From Spirochaetota bacterium (GTDB taxonomy: Bacteria; Spirochaetota; UBA4802; JAFGJZ01), in NCBI GenBank assembly GCA_022704645.1, contig JAKJGA010000001.1, positions 1 through 40,982 of the forward strand: DNA of 40,982 bases, in the 5' to 3' direction. The notes under the pieces are model-generated. The model did no database searches. It worked only from the letters and a program-made list of their open reading frames with translations, and had not been told where the DNA came from. Within the stretch, counting starts at the first letter, position 1. Each line of letters starts with the position of its first letter. The position numbers and the translations under genes are program-made. This document shows, in pieces, positions 1-8,623 of this stretch.

Positions 1-170
1 GTAAAGGCTTTTTGTATTCAAAACGGGATTGAAGAATAAAATACCCGCGTTTGCCGTCTGGGAGAAGCGCTTAGAACCACGGTAAACGTGGGTTCTCGCA
101 CGGGCAATTTGGTCTTCTTCCGAAGAAGCGTGACCTACAGACCCGGATATAAAAATCCCTCTAAAGAATT
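1..170 (+). ncRNA. rnpB: Probable 3' portion of RNase P RNA (type A-like), cut by the window start
   Basis: Motifs occur in the order seen in bacterial RNase P RNA. GAGAAGCGC (cf. E. coli UAAGAGCGC), exact ACGGUAAAC at 79-87 in a hairpin loop, GCACGGGCAAUUUGG (cf. GCAAGGCCAAAUAGG), hairpin CUUCUU-CCG-AAGAAG at 114-128, and ACAGACCCGG at 137-146 (cf. P4 strand ACAGAACCCGG). The 3' module is shorter than in E. coli and GGCUUA is not conserved, so the 3' end is approximate. Confidence 0.5.
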
Positions 171-259
171 AGGTTCAAGAGCATTGACCCTTCGCGAACA
201 ACGCAGGCATAATCAATATAAGAATACAAGGTTTAACGGGCAAGCAAATTTCGCAAATT

Positions 260-2785
260 ATGAGAAGAATTATAATAGCTCTTTCATTATTTCTGAGTAC
301 TTCATTATTATCTAACCGGATTACTTCAGAGAAAATTGATTCTACCCTGAGAACTCTGCATTTTAATGTTCATTATGAAAAAGGGTATGAGGCGAATGCC
401 GTAAGAACTGCAGAATATGCAGAACTGGCATATGAATATCTTTCAGAAAAATTCCGGATTAGGACTGATTACGTTACTGATATAATTCTTTATCAGAATT
501 CCTGTGATTATAAAAATACATGGATTGTTGATATCAATTATGACGATTCAGTATTGGCTTTTTCATCACCTGAAAATAGATATATAGTTCTGCCTTTTTA
601 TTCAGAAAGAAAAACATTAAAAAAAATAATATTTCATGAGATGACTCATGTTTTCATCCATAAATATATAAAACAGAAAAGCTGTTATAAAAAAATTCCT
701 TCAGAGTTGGAAGAAGCATTTTGTGAATATTTTTCCGGCGGTTACGACTCACATGAAATTATGATTCTTCGGGATATGATACTTTCTAAAAATCCGCTTA
801 ATTATAGTTATAGAAAATATTATGCTTCGTATTATCCGGATTCATCTATAATATCAGCTTTTGCATTGCGTCTTATTTCAGAAAGACATGGTGAGGATGC
901 TGTTCTTAAAATTCTTTACGATGTGTTGTCCGGAGGAAACTATCGTGATATTATTGATCATCTTGCCGGCGGAGACGGAGAGTTGTCAGGATTTCTGGAA
1001 AAAAAAGCAGAACATGATGATTCTGAAATGAACTTCCCATATTCTGAAATATTACCGTTGAGTAAATCCGTATCTGATTTTTCTATTTCCGAAGAAGGTA
1101 TGGTCGGCGTTAATTACGGAGGATCAATCGTTCTTTATAAAAACGGTAAAAAATTGTATTCAAAAAGGCGCAGTATTTCCGGAAGAACATTGATTTTAAA
1201 TGATATAGCTATGTCTTCTGGCCGGATTGTTTATTCCATATTGAAAAACGGAATCCGATATGCTGTTGTATTAGATTTAAATGAAAGTGAAAAACATATT
1301 CAGATACCTGTTAAAAATTCCGATCTGATTAAAATTTCAAGCTGCGGCAATTATTTATATTATCTCATAAGATCAGCATCATCAAATATCATCGCGGAAT
1401 TTTCTATAAATTCCAATGCTTCAAGGATAATTTACAGTACCGGAAATCATATCTATGATTACATTGTTTCGGCTAAAAATATTTATATATCTGAAGATTC
1501 GGATAAGTCCTCAGTATTAAAAAAAATAGATTATTCGGCAAAGACAGAGAGAACCATTGCACAGATTAAAGCTTTTGATCTGGCAATCAGCGGCAGATAT
1601 CTGTATTTTTCGTCAGATAATGACGGGACTTTTCAGATTTACAGCATTGATACGGATAATTACAGTATTCTCCGCCATACAAATTCTTCCACATCTGCGA
1701 AGAAGCCTTTCGTTTCGGGAGAAAAGCTTTATTTCTCTGTTTTCAGAAACATGTCCTGGCATATATCCGAAAAACAGATTCTTGGTACTGCTTATATACC
1801 GCTTACATTATCTGTTGAACAGTCAAAACCATATTATGATTTCAAGGATTCGGATTTTTCGGATTTGCAAAACCGCTTGATTCCAATTCCCGGTTTCAAT
1901 GTGTCCATATTTAATTCGCGTTTTTCCGGAATGTTATCATTTTCCATTTCAGGACTCACTAATCAAAATTCATTTAATATCAAAACCGAATACAAATATA
2001 GAAAGAAAGAAGAGAAAGACGCTTCCGCCGCTGTGTATTTCAATTCTGATAATGGAATTCTGAATTATCAGGCGGGATTTTATCACCTGAAGAATCCGGA
2101 ATTTAATGATGGATTATCTGTAAGTATGCCTTTTTCATTATCTTTCGATAAACAGGATACTTTGTATGCAAAAGCATTTCTCCCATTAACTTGTTATTTT
2201 TCTATCGGTTCGGCATTTTATTATCAACACAGCGGCAATGAATATTATAAAACTGCAGATGCTTATATTCTGTATGATACATGCGATAATGTAATTGCAT
2301 CTGAGAAATCCGGTGTTTTTTTTAAAAGCGATTTCTTATACACTTTCTCAAAAAATGCATTTTCGTCTTATTTTGTTTTGTTTGATATTTACGCAGATAT
2401 ATCTCCTTTATCGCTTTATTATAAAGGTTCATTCTATAAAAGCCGCTTTGAGTATAAATCGTCTTATATGGAATTTTTATCAAAGGATGATTTTGAAATA
2501 TCATCTGAAATCATGCAGAAAAATAAATTTTCCTTAACTTTCGATTTTAATGAAATCAGTTCATGGAGGAATTATTTTGATGTTCCGCTCAGTGCCGGAA
2601 TATTTTGGTCCAGATATTATTATGGAAATCCGGATAAAATAAATTATTTCAATGAAGCCGGTTTTACTGTTTTTGTTGAAAATTCAAACGGTCTTTTTTT
2701 ATATCTTGACTACGGAAAGACTTACCGGTACAGAGAAGGCTTGAGCGGCGGAGGTGTTTCTTTCGGCGCCTCTTTTTCAATATAA
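260..2785 (+). CDS. Exported HExxH metalloprotease-like protein with PD40/TolB-like repeats and a C-terminal beta-barrel-like region
   Basis: 841-aa ORF with signal-like MRRIIIALSLFLSTSLLS. HEMTH is followed by IPSELEEAFCEYFSGG, a Peptidase_MA_2-type pattern with a distal Glu ligand. The middle has PD40-like repeats (YLYFSSDNDGTFQIYSID). The last ~300 aa are aromatic-rich with alternating hydrophobicity and end SFGASFSI. Confidence 0.6.
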   Translation: MRRIIIALSLFLSTSLLSNRITSEKIDSTLRTLHFNVHYEKGYEANAVRTAEYAELAYEYLSEKFRIRTDYVTDIILYQNSCDYKNTWIVDINYDDSVLAFSSPENRYIVLPFYSERKTLKKIIFHEMTHVFIHKYIKQKSCYKKIPSELEEAFCEYFSGGYDSHEIMILRDMILSKNPLNYSYRKYYASYYPDSSIISAFALRLISERHGEDAVLKILYDVLSGGNYRDIIDHLAGGDGELSGFLEKKAEHDDSEMNFPYSEILPLSKSVSDFSISEEGMVGVNYGGSIVLYKNGKKLYSKRRSISGRTLILNDIAMSSGRIVYSILKNGIRYAVVLDLNESEKHIQIPVKNSDLIKISSCGNYLYYLIRSASSNIIAEFSINSNASRIIYSTGNHIYDYIVSAKNIYISEDSDKSSVLKKIDYSAKTERTIAQIKAFDLAISGRYLYFSSDNDGTFQIYSIDTDNYSILRHTNSSTSAKKPFVSGEKLYFSVFRNMSWHISEKQILGTAYIPLTLSVEQSKPYYDFKDSDFSDLQNRLIPIPGFNVSIFNSRFSGMLSFSISGLTNQNSFNIKTEYKYRKKEEKDASAAVYFNSDNGILNYQAGFYHLKNPEFNDGLSVSMPFSLSFDKQDTLYAKAFLPLTCYFSIGSAFYYQHSGNEYYKTADAYILYDTCDNVIASEKSGVFFKSDFLYTFSKNAFSSYFVLFDIYADISPLSLYYKGSFYKSRFEYKSSYMEFLSKDDFEISSEIMQKNKFSLTFDFNEISSWRNYFDVPLSAGIFWSRYYYGNPDKINYFNEAGFTVFVENSNGLFLYLDYGKTYRYREGLSGGGVSFGASFSI

Positions 2786-2798
2786 TAAAGGAGTTACC

Positions 2799-3380
2799 AT
2801 GGAACGTAAGGCAGACATTAAGCGTAAAACGAGCGAAACTGATATATCGCTGAAAATAAATCTTGATGACAACTCACCTTCGGAAATATCTACAGGGGTT
2901 CCCTTTTTTGATCATATGCTTAGTGCGTTTGCAAAACATGGACAATTTTGTCTTGAAATCAGATGCGATGGAGACACTCACATCGATGACCATCATTCGG
3001 TCGAAGATATAGGAATTGTTATGGGGCTTGCTTTCAAAAAAGCGCTTGGTGATAAAAAAGGTATTTCAAGGTTTGGTTTTGCTTCTGTTCCCATGGATGA
3101 TTCTCTGGCGCAGGTTTCTGTGGATTTTTCCGGGCGTGCTTACTATAAATATAGCGGCTGTGAATTAAGCGGATATATTTCTGATTATGCTGAAGAACTT
3201 ACCAATGAATTTTTTTATGCGTTTGCGGCAAATGCAGGAATGAATCTTCACGCTAATCTGATTTACGGTCAAAACCGCCACCACATTCATGAGGCATTAT
3301 TTAAGGCTCTTGCGGTAGCTGTCCGTGAAGCAAAGAAAATTGTTTCTGATGAAATTCCTTCAACAAAGGGAGTGATATGA
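2799..3380 (+). CDS. hisB: Imidazoleglycerol-phosphate dehydratase
   Basis: SD AAAGGAG at 2787-2793 precedes ATG 2799; the track start 2754 lies inside the upstream gene. IGPD motifs present: ETDISLKINLD, FFDHML, DDHHSVEDIGIV, HHIHEALFKAL. Confidence 0.93.
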   Translation: MERKADIKRKTSETDISLKINLDDNSPSEISTGVPFFDHMLSAFAKHGQFCLEIRCDGDTHIDDHHSVEDIGIVMGLAFKKALGDKKGISRFGFASVPMDDSLAQVSVDFSGRAYYKYSGCELSGYISDYAEELTNEFFYAFAANAGMNLHANLIYGQNRHHIHEALFKALAVAVREAKKIVSDEIPSTKGVI

Positions 3381-3988
3381 TTTCAATAATTGATTACGGC
3401 ATGGGCAATCTCAGATCTGTTGCAAAAGCCGTTGAACTTTTTACCAAAGATGTTCAGATAATAAGAGATCCTGATGAGATAAGGAAATCTTCAGCGATTA
3501 TTATTCCCGGCGACGGGGCTTTTCCGGCTGCAATGAAAAATCTTTCAAGCGGCGGCTGGATAGAGCCTCTGCGTGAACATATTGCTTCTGACGGGTATTG
3601 TCTGGGCATATGTCTTGGATTTCAGATTTTATTTTCATCAAGCGAAGAATTTTCGTACAATGAAGGATTGGATGTGATAAAAGGCAGGGTTGTCAGATTC
3701 AGCGACTCTTCGCTCAAAGTTCCGCACATGGGATGGAACAGAGTTGATTTTAATTCAGAGAATAAATTTTTAAAAGGAATTGAAAGCGGAACATATTTCT
3801 ATTTCATTCATTCTTTTTACCCCGTAGATGTTGAGCCTTCATCTGTTATAGCTACAGCGGATTACGGCGGGCGTTTTACATGCGTAGCGGGACATGGGAA
3901 TTTGATAGCATCACAGTTTCATCCAGAAAAAAGCCATGAAGCAGGGCTTAAAATTATTAAGAATTTTGTTGAGGAATCATGCAGATAA
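3377..3988 (+). CDS. hisH: Imidazole glycerol phosphate synthase, glutamine amidotransferase subunit
   Basis: ATGA overlap with hisB. Has MISIIDYGMGNLRSV, catalytic Cys in GICLGFQIL and QFHPEKS. Confidence 0.93.
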   Translation: MISIIDYGMGNLRSVAKAVELFTKDVQIIRDPDEIRKSSAIIIPGDGAFPAAMKNLSSGGWIEPLREHIASDGYCLGICLGFQILFSSSEEFSYNEGLDVIKGRVVRFSDSSLKVPHMGWNRVDFNSENKFLKGIESGTYFYFIHSFYPVDVEPSSVIATADYGGRFTCVAGHGNLIASQFHPEKSHEAGLKIIKNFVEESCR

Positions 3989-4701
3989 TACCGGCGATTG
4001 ATATAAGAAACGGAAAATGCGTCCGTCTTGTTCAGGGAGATTATTCCCGTCAGATAAATTATGAGAATGATCCCGTCTCGCAGGCTATGTTTTTTGAAGA
4101 CTGCGGAGCGAAAATAATTCATGTGGTAGATCTTGACGGAGCAAAAGAAGGACATCCGGTAAATTCGGGACTAGTCCGTGAAATACGTTCAAGAGTAAAT
4201 GTTGAAGTTGAAATCGGAGGCGGCATCCGCACCGAAAAAGACATATGTCTTTATGCAGATGCAGGCATAAACAGAATTATCATCGGTACCAAGATTCTCA
4301 ATCCTGAGTTTTCGGATACTATTTCCAAGTATAAAGACTCTATTGTTGCAGGGATTGATGCTAAAGACGGCAAGGTTGCTACACATGGATGGGTAAATGT
4401 TTCAGAGCATAATGCTCTTGATGTTATCCGTAATCTTTGCTCGCAGGGAGTTAACCGTATAATTTTTACGGATATAGCTACAGACGGCATGATGCAGGGA
4501 CCAAATTATGATTCTTTAAAGCAGATTCTTGATAATATCCCGGGAGTTGCACTGGTCGCTAGCGGCGGTGTTTCGTCTGTTGATGATGTAAAAAAACTTA
4601 AAATGCTTGAAAAAAACGGGCTCTTCGGCTGTATTATAGGGAAGGCTATATACGACGGTATGATAGACCTAAAAGAGGCGGTCAGAATAGCGAATGGCTA
4701 A
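3979..4701 (+). CDS. hisA: ProFAR isomerase
   Basis: Has IIPAIDIRNGKCVRLVQGDY, GGGIR and ASGGVSS. The N-terminus is HisA-type rather than HisF-type. Overlaps hisH by 10 nt. Confidence 0.9.
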   Translation: MQIIPAIDIRNGKCVRLVQGDYSRQINYENDPVSQAMFFEDCGAKIIHVVDLDGAKEGHPVNSGLVREIRSRVNVEVEIGGGIRTEKDICLYADAGINRIIIGTKILNPEFSDTISKYKDSIVAGIDAKDGKVATHGWVNVSEHNALDVIRNLCSQGVNRIIFTDIATDGMMQGPNYDSLKQILDNIPGVALVASGGVSSVDDVKKLKMLEKNGLFGCIIGKAIYDGMIDLKEAVRIANG

Positions 4702-5782
4702 GAGCTCCGAAAAAAACGATAAAGCTCAGCTTGAATATTTTGAAAGAAAGATATTCGATTTAAAGCAGCTCATAGAGATAAGCAAGGGTCTTAACTCGAC
4801 TCTGGAGTACAATGTTCTCATCGACTCAATTTTGCTTACATGCATGGGTCAGATGCAGCTTGTGAAAGCCGGGATATTTTTTAAAAAGAATTTTGATGAT
4901 GAGTATTTTTCTCTACACCGCAATCACAAAGGAATTGAGCTGAACAGAGATACTGATTACGTAATTCCAAACGATTCATATCTTGCCGGTCTTCTTGCCG
5001 GAAATGACCGTTGTTTTACTGCTAGTGAAATATATGCCGATTCAAATGTATCACCCGCGGAGAAGGATATGCTTTCGAGTATTAATCCTACTCTTCTTGT
5101 TCCGCTCAAGGGTAAGGGGAAATTTCACGGGATTATACTTTTAGGCGATAGAATAAGAAATTGTGATTTCTCAGATGAAGAAAAAGAATACCTGCTTGAT
5201 ATTGCATCTCTTGCAGGTATCGCAATTGAGAATGCATACCTTTACGAAGTCGCAACTACCGACATGATGACTAAACTCAAGATTCATCATTATTTTCAGA
5301 CTGTTTTAACAGAAGAAATCAAACTTGCCTATCAGATATTGACACCTGTTTCACTTTTGATGCTTGATATAGATAATTTTAAAGAATTCAATGATACCTA
5401 CGGACATCTTTGCGGTGATATTGTTTTAAAGAATGTTTCATCTCTCGTAAAAAAGAACTGCCGTCAGATAGATACTGCTGCTAGATACGGCGGAGAGGAA
5501 ATTGCAGTTATTTTAACGCGAACTAATCTTGATGACGCTTTGAATGTTGCAGAAAGAATACGCGATCAGATTGCAAGCAGCAGGATAACTCATGATGGGA
5601 AAGAACTTAAAACAACTGTTTCCATAGGTGTTACAGAGTTTGACCGTTCGATTAAAGAAAACAACAATACAATGATAGCCAGAGCGGATTCAGCTCTTTA
5701 TGATTCGAAAAGATCCGGAAAAAACCGTGTTTCTTTCTGTACTTCTGGCGGAAAAACCGGAGATATCAATGGCCCGCGTTAA
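4694..5782 (+). CDS. GAF-domain diguanylate cyclase (GGDEF family, GGEEI variant)
   Basis: The N-terminal ~180 aa look GAF-like. The C-terminal GGDEF domain has DIDNFKEFNDTYGH and RYGGEEIAVIL, with an RxxD I-site (RQID) five residues upstream. Overlaps hisA by 8 nt. Confidence 0.85.
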   Translation: MAKSSEKNDKAQLEYFERKIFDLKQLIEISKGLNSTLEYNVLIDSILLTCMGQMQLVKAGIFFKKNFDDEYFSLHRNHKGIELNRDTDYVIPNDSYLAGLLAGNDRCFTASEIYADSNVSPAEKDMLSSINPTLLVPLKGKGKFHGIILLGDRIRNCDFSDEEKEYLLDIASLAGIAIENAYLYEVATTDMMTKLKIHHYFQTVLTEEIKLAYQILTPVSLLMLDIDNFKEFNDTYGHLCGDIVLKNVSSLVKKNCRQIDTAARYGGEEIAVILTRTNLDDALNVAERIRDQIASSRITHDGKELKTTVSIGVTEFDRSIKENNNTMIARADSALYDSKRSGKNRVSFCTSGGKTGDINGPR

Positions 5783-6491
5783 GAAAGACCCGTTAAAAGC
5801 TGTTCTTCCCAAAAAAACGTCAACCAGAGCTAAGAAGAAAACTTCGAGTGCTCATTATGTTTTGATTATAATGATTCTTGTTGCTGTAATTGCCGTTCTT
5901 GCCGTTAACATTCTTGATTATAATCCGGCAGCATCACATGTGCAGAAAGAATTGCCGCATGAAGATTCGGTTAAGTCACAGGAAAAACCTTCAGATGATA
6001 AAACTGAGATTGCTGATGAAATTAAAGATGAAAAAAATGATGAAAAAAAAGAAAACAGCGAAGAAAATCTTCCAAAGCAGGTTAAGGTAAAAAGTTTTTT
6101 TATTTCCGTAAATGAAGACAGCGGAAAGATAAAATATATCCCGTTTGAACGGTCAGTTCCGGCAGGAAATGATCTGCGTGAAGCTCTGACAGTTTTATCG
6201 AAGGGGCTTTCGCGCGATGAAGAGAAAAAAGGATTTCTTTCAAGTATACCTAAATCGCTGAAAGTACATTCAGCGGTAATACGCGGCGGAATTGCATATA
6301 TCGATGTATCTTCGGATATTTCTCATGAGGCATTCGGAGATATCGCACTCAGCCGTGTTAATCAGATCTATTATACTGCGAGGCAGTTTCCCGGAGTTAA
6401 AGGAATCTCCATTACCGTCAACGGTAAAAAAGTTAATTCCATAGGACAGGATGGACGAATAATACAGTGGCCGATAAGGAATCCTCTTTGA
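5769..6491 (+). CDS. Membrane-anchored GerMN-domain protein
   Basis: ATG 5769 (MARVKKDP) is preferred over the track start 5700, which lies deep in the GGDEF gene. Has one TM (YVLIIMILVAVIAVLAVNIL), a Lys/Glu/Asp-rich linker and a GerMN-like C-terminus (LTVLSKGLS...GIAYIDVSSD...VNQIYYTARQFPGVKGISITVNGK). Confidence 0.7.
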   Translation: MARVKKDPLKAVLPKKTSTRAKKKTSSAHYVLIIMILVAVIAVLAVNILDYNPAASHVQKELPHEDSVKSQEKPSDDKTEIADEIKDEKNDEKKENSEENLPKQVKVKSFFISVNEDSGKIKYIPFERSVPAGNDLREALTVLSKGLSRDEEKKGFLSSIPKSLKVHSAVIRGGIAYIDVSSDISHEAFGDIALSRVNQIYYTARQFPGVKGISITVNGKKVNSIGQDGRIIQWPIRNPL

Positions 6492-7018
6492 ATTTTGAAA
6501 TTGAATTAAAAGCATATTATGATGATGAAGACGAGTTGCGTAGAAAACTTGAATCTTTAGGTGCTGTGTTCGTTTCCAGGCTTGAAGAAGAGGATGTTTA
6601 TTTTTCACATCCTTCAAGGGATTTCGCTGAAACAGGAGAAGCTTTCCGCATTAGAAAAAGCGGCAATGATTTTTGTTTTACTTACAAAGGACCAAGGCAA
6701 TCGTCCGGAATAAAGGTTCGCGAGGAGATTGAGTTTTCCATCGGAGATTATTCTGCAGCTTATGCGATGATAGAGAAGCTATCTTTTATGCCCCGCGGCA
6801 GAGTTAAAAAGGTAAGAGAAATATTTAATTATTCTGATTTTACAATTTGCCTTGATGATGTAGAGGAAGTCGGAAAGTTTATTGAGGTCGAAAAAATCGG
6901 TTCTGATAAAGATGTAATAGAACAGGAAATACTTGTAATTGCGCAAAAGCTTGGAATAAATCGTCTTGAAAAGCGGTCTTATCTGACGATGCTCATGGAT
7001 ATTAAAAAAAACTCATAG
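6467..7018 (+). CDS. CYTH-domain protein, class IV adenylate cyclase (CyaB)-like
   Basis: GTG start overlaps the GerMN gene by 25 nt. Has the ExExK motif FEIELK, plus FRIRK, TYKGP, VREEIEF, ICLDDVEEVGKFIEVE. Confidence 0.75.
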   Translation: MADKESSLNFEIELKAYYDDEDELRRKLESLGAVFVSRLEEEDVYFSHPSRDFAETGEAFRIRKSGNDFCFTYKGPRQSSGIKVREEIEFSIGDYSAAYAMIEKLSFMPRGRVKKVREIFNYSDFTICLDDVEEVGKFIEVEKIGSDKDVIEQEILVIAQKLGINRLEKRSYLTMLMDIKKNS

Positions 7019-7078
7019 AAATCATTTTTTAAGTAAAATTTCTGTTTCAAATCCGTATTAATTACTGAGGAGAAACGA

Positions 7079-8596
7079 ATGCTTGCCAAAACTCTATCCC
7101 TTGGAATTAACGGGATTACTTCACAGATTGTCGAAATCGAAATAGATCTTATTAAGGGTCTGCCGGGTTTTACAATAATCGGACTTCCTGATTCGGTCAT
7201 TAAGGAATCAAAGGATAGAATACGGAGCGCAATTGAAAATTCCGGTTATATATTCCCGCCGCATAATTATATCGTAAATCTTGCGCCCGCAACTTTCAGA
7301 AAACAGGGTTCGAATTATGATCTTGCAATAGCATTGGCTATTTTGAATATAACCGGTCAGATATCTCTGCCGGAAAAGCCTATTCCTGTTGTAGGTGAAG
7401 TTTCACTCGACGGTGATATTAGAGGCGTAAACGGTGTGATATCGATGGTCATAGCGCTTTACGATCTCGGTTACAAGGAAATAATCCTTCCATACTATAA
7501 CCGCATAGAAGCATCATCTCCGGGACTGATTGATATTTATGCTGTAAAAAATCTTCGTGAAGCAGTAGATGCAGTTAACGGTGAAAGTGAAAAATATGTT
7601 TATGAAGAAAAGGGTTTTGAAAGTGAAGAATGCCTTTATGATTTTAAACATGTCTATGGTCACGAAACCGTAAAACGTGCTATAGAAATAGCTGCTGCCG
7701 GAAATCATAATATATTAATGTACGGCCCTCCGGGAAGCGGAAAAACTATGATTGCAAAATCACTTCCATCAATACTGCCGAATCTTTCGAAACAGCAATC
7801 GATTGTAACAACAATGATTCATTCAGTTTCGGGAGTTCTGCCTTGCGGAATAGGTTTAAAAAAAATACCGCCGTTTAGAACACCTCACCATACTTCATCC
7901 GATGCTGCATTAGTCGGGGGCGGAAAGATCCCCGGAGCAGGTGAGATCTCATTGGCTCATAACGGCGTCCTTTTTCTGGATGAATTTTCGGAATTTAAAA
8001 ATAATGTTCTTCAATCATTGCGTCAGCCGCTTGAAGATTATGAAATTACTGTTTCCCGTGCTTACGGTTCAGTAACTTTCCCGGCGGATTTCATGCTTGT
8101 TGCATCGAGTAATCCTTGTCCGTGCGGATATCTTTTTGATGATAAAATAAAGTGCAAATGTCCGCCTCATATTATAAAAAACTATTTCAGAAAAATCGCA
8201 GGACCGATCCTTGACAGAATTGACATTGAGGTTTATGTTCCGCGTATTAATTACCGGGAACTTATGAGTGTTTCCGAATCTGAACATTCAGATTCAATTA
8301 AAGAAAGAGTCAGTTCAGCGCGGAGGATACAACGCAAAAGATTTGAATCCGATTCTCATGAATATAATTCACGGATGACAAGCTCTCAGACAAAAAAACA
8401 TTGTAAGCTCGATTCTGATTCTTCGGATTTTCTTGAAAAAGCATCAATTTCATTAAATCTTTCGACCCGCTCGCTATTTCGTGTCTTGAAAGTTGCAAGA
8501 ACAATCGCGGATCTTGATGAAAGCGGAAATATCGAAAAGAAGCATCTGGCAGAAGCTTTGTCGTTCAAAAATCTTCAGAAGTTTTACGATGTATAA
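7079..8596 (+). CDS. comM: YifB/ComM-family Mg-chelatase-like AAA+ ATPase
   Basis: SD GAGGAG lies upstream. Lon-like N-terminus (GLPGFTIIGLPDSVIKESKDRI), Walker A GPPGSGKTM, Walker B LFLDEFSEF, and a CPCG zinc-like insert. Confidence 0.9.
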   Translation: MLAKTLSLGINGITSQIVEIEIDLIKGLPGFTIIGLPDSVIKESKDRIRSAIENSGYIFPPHNYIVNLAPATFRKQGSNYDLAIALAILNITGQISLPEKPIPVVGEVSLDGDIRGVNGVISMVIALYDLGYKEIILPYYNRIEASSPGLIDIYAVKNLREAVDAVNGESEKYVYEEKGFESEECLYDFKHVYGHETVKRAIEIAAAGNHNILMYGPPGSGKTMIAKSLPSILPNLSKQQSIVTTMIHSVSGVLPCGIGLKKIPPFRTPHHTSSDAALVGGGKIPGAGEISLAHNGVLFLDEFSEFKNNVLQSLRQPLEDYEITVSRAYGSVTFPADFMLVASSNPCPCGYLFDDKIKCKCPPHIIKNYFRKIAGPILDRIDIEVYVPRINYRELMSVSESEHSDSIKERVSSARRIQRKRFESDSHEYNSRMTSSQTKKHCKLDSDSSDFLEKASISLNLSTRSLFRVLKVARTIADLDESGNIEKKHLAEALSFKNLQKFYDV

Positions 8597-8615
8597 AATA
8601 TTATTTTATACATCG
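8587..8615. terminator. 29-nt perfect palindrome between convergent comM and valS (likely bidirectional terminator)
   Basis: CGATGTATAAAATA (8587-8600) pairs with TATTTTATACATCG (8602-8615). It overlaps the comM stop codon (8594-8596). It is AT-rich and the flanking U-tracts are short. Confidence 0.4.
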
Positions 8616-8623
8616 TTTCCGGT

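Noticed and set aside
88-315. 75-aa ORF at the window start
   Set aside because: It overlaps the RNase P-like structured RNA and the start of the 841-aa gene. It has no SD, and its Arg/Asn-rich composition is unlike a real protein.
5985-6075. Lys/Glu/Asp-rich, A-rich stretch that looks like a nucleotide repeat
   Set aside because: It is the in-frame low-complexity linker of the GerMN protein (DDKTEIADEIKDEKNDEKKENSEE). It is not a tandem repeat array or a CRISPR-like structure.
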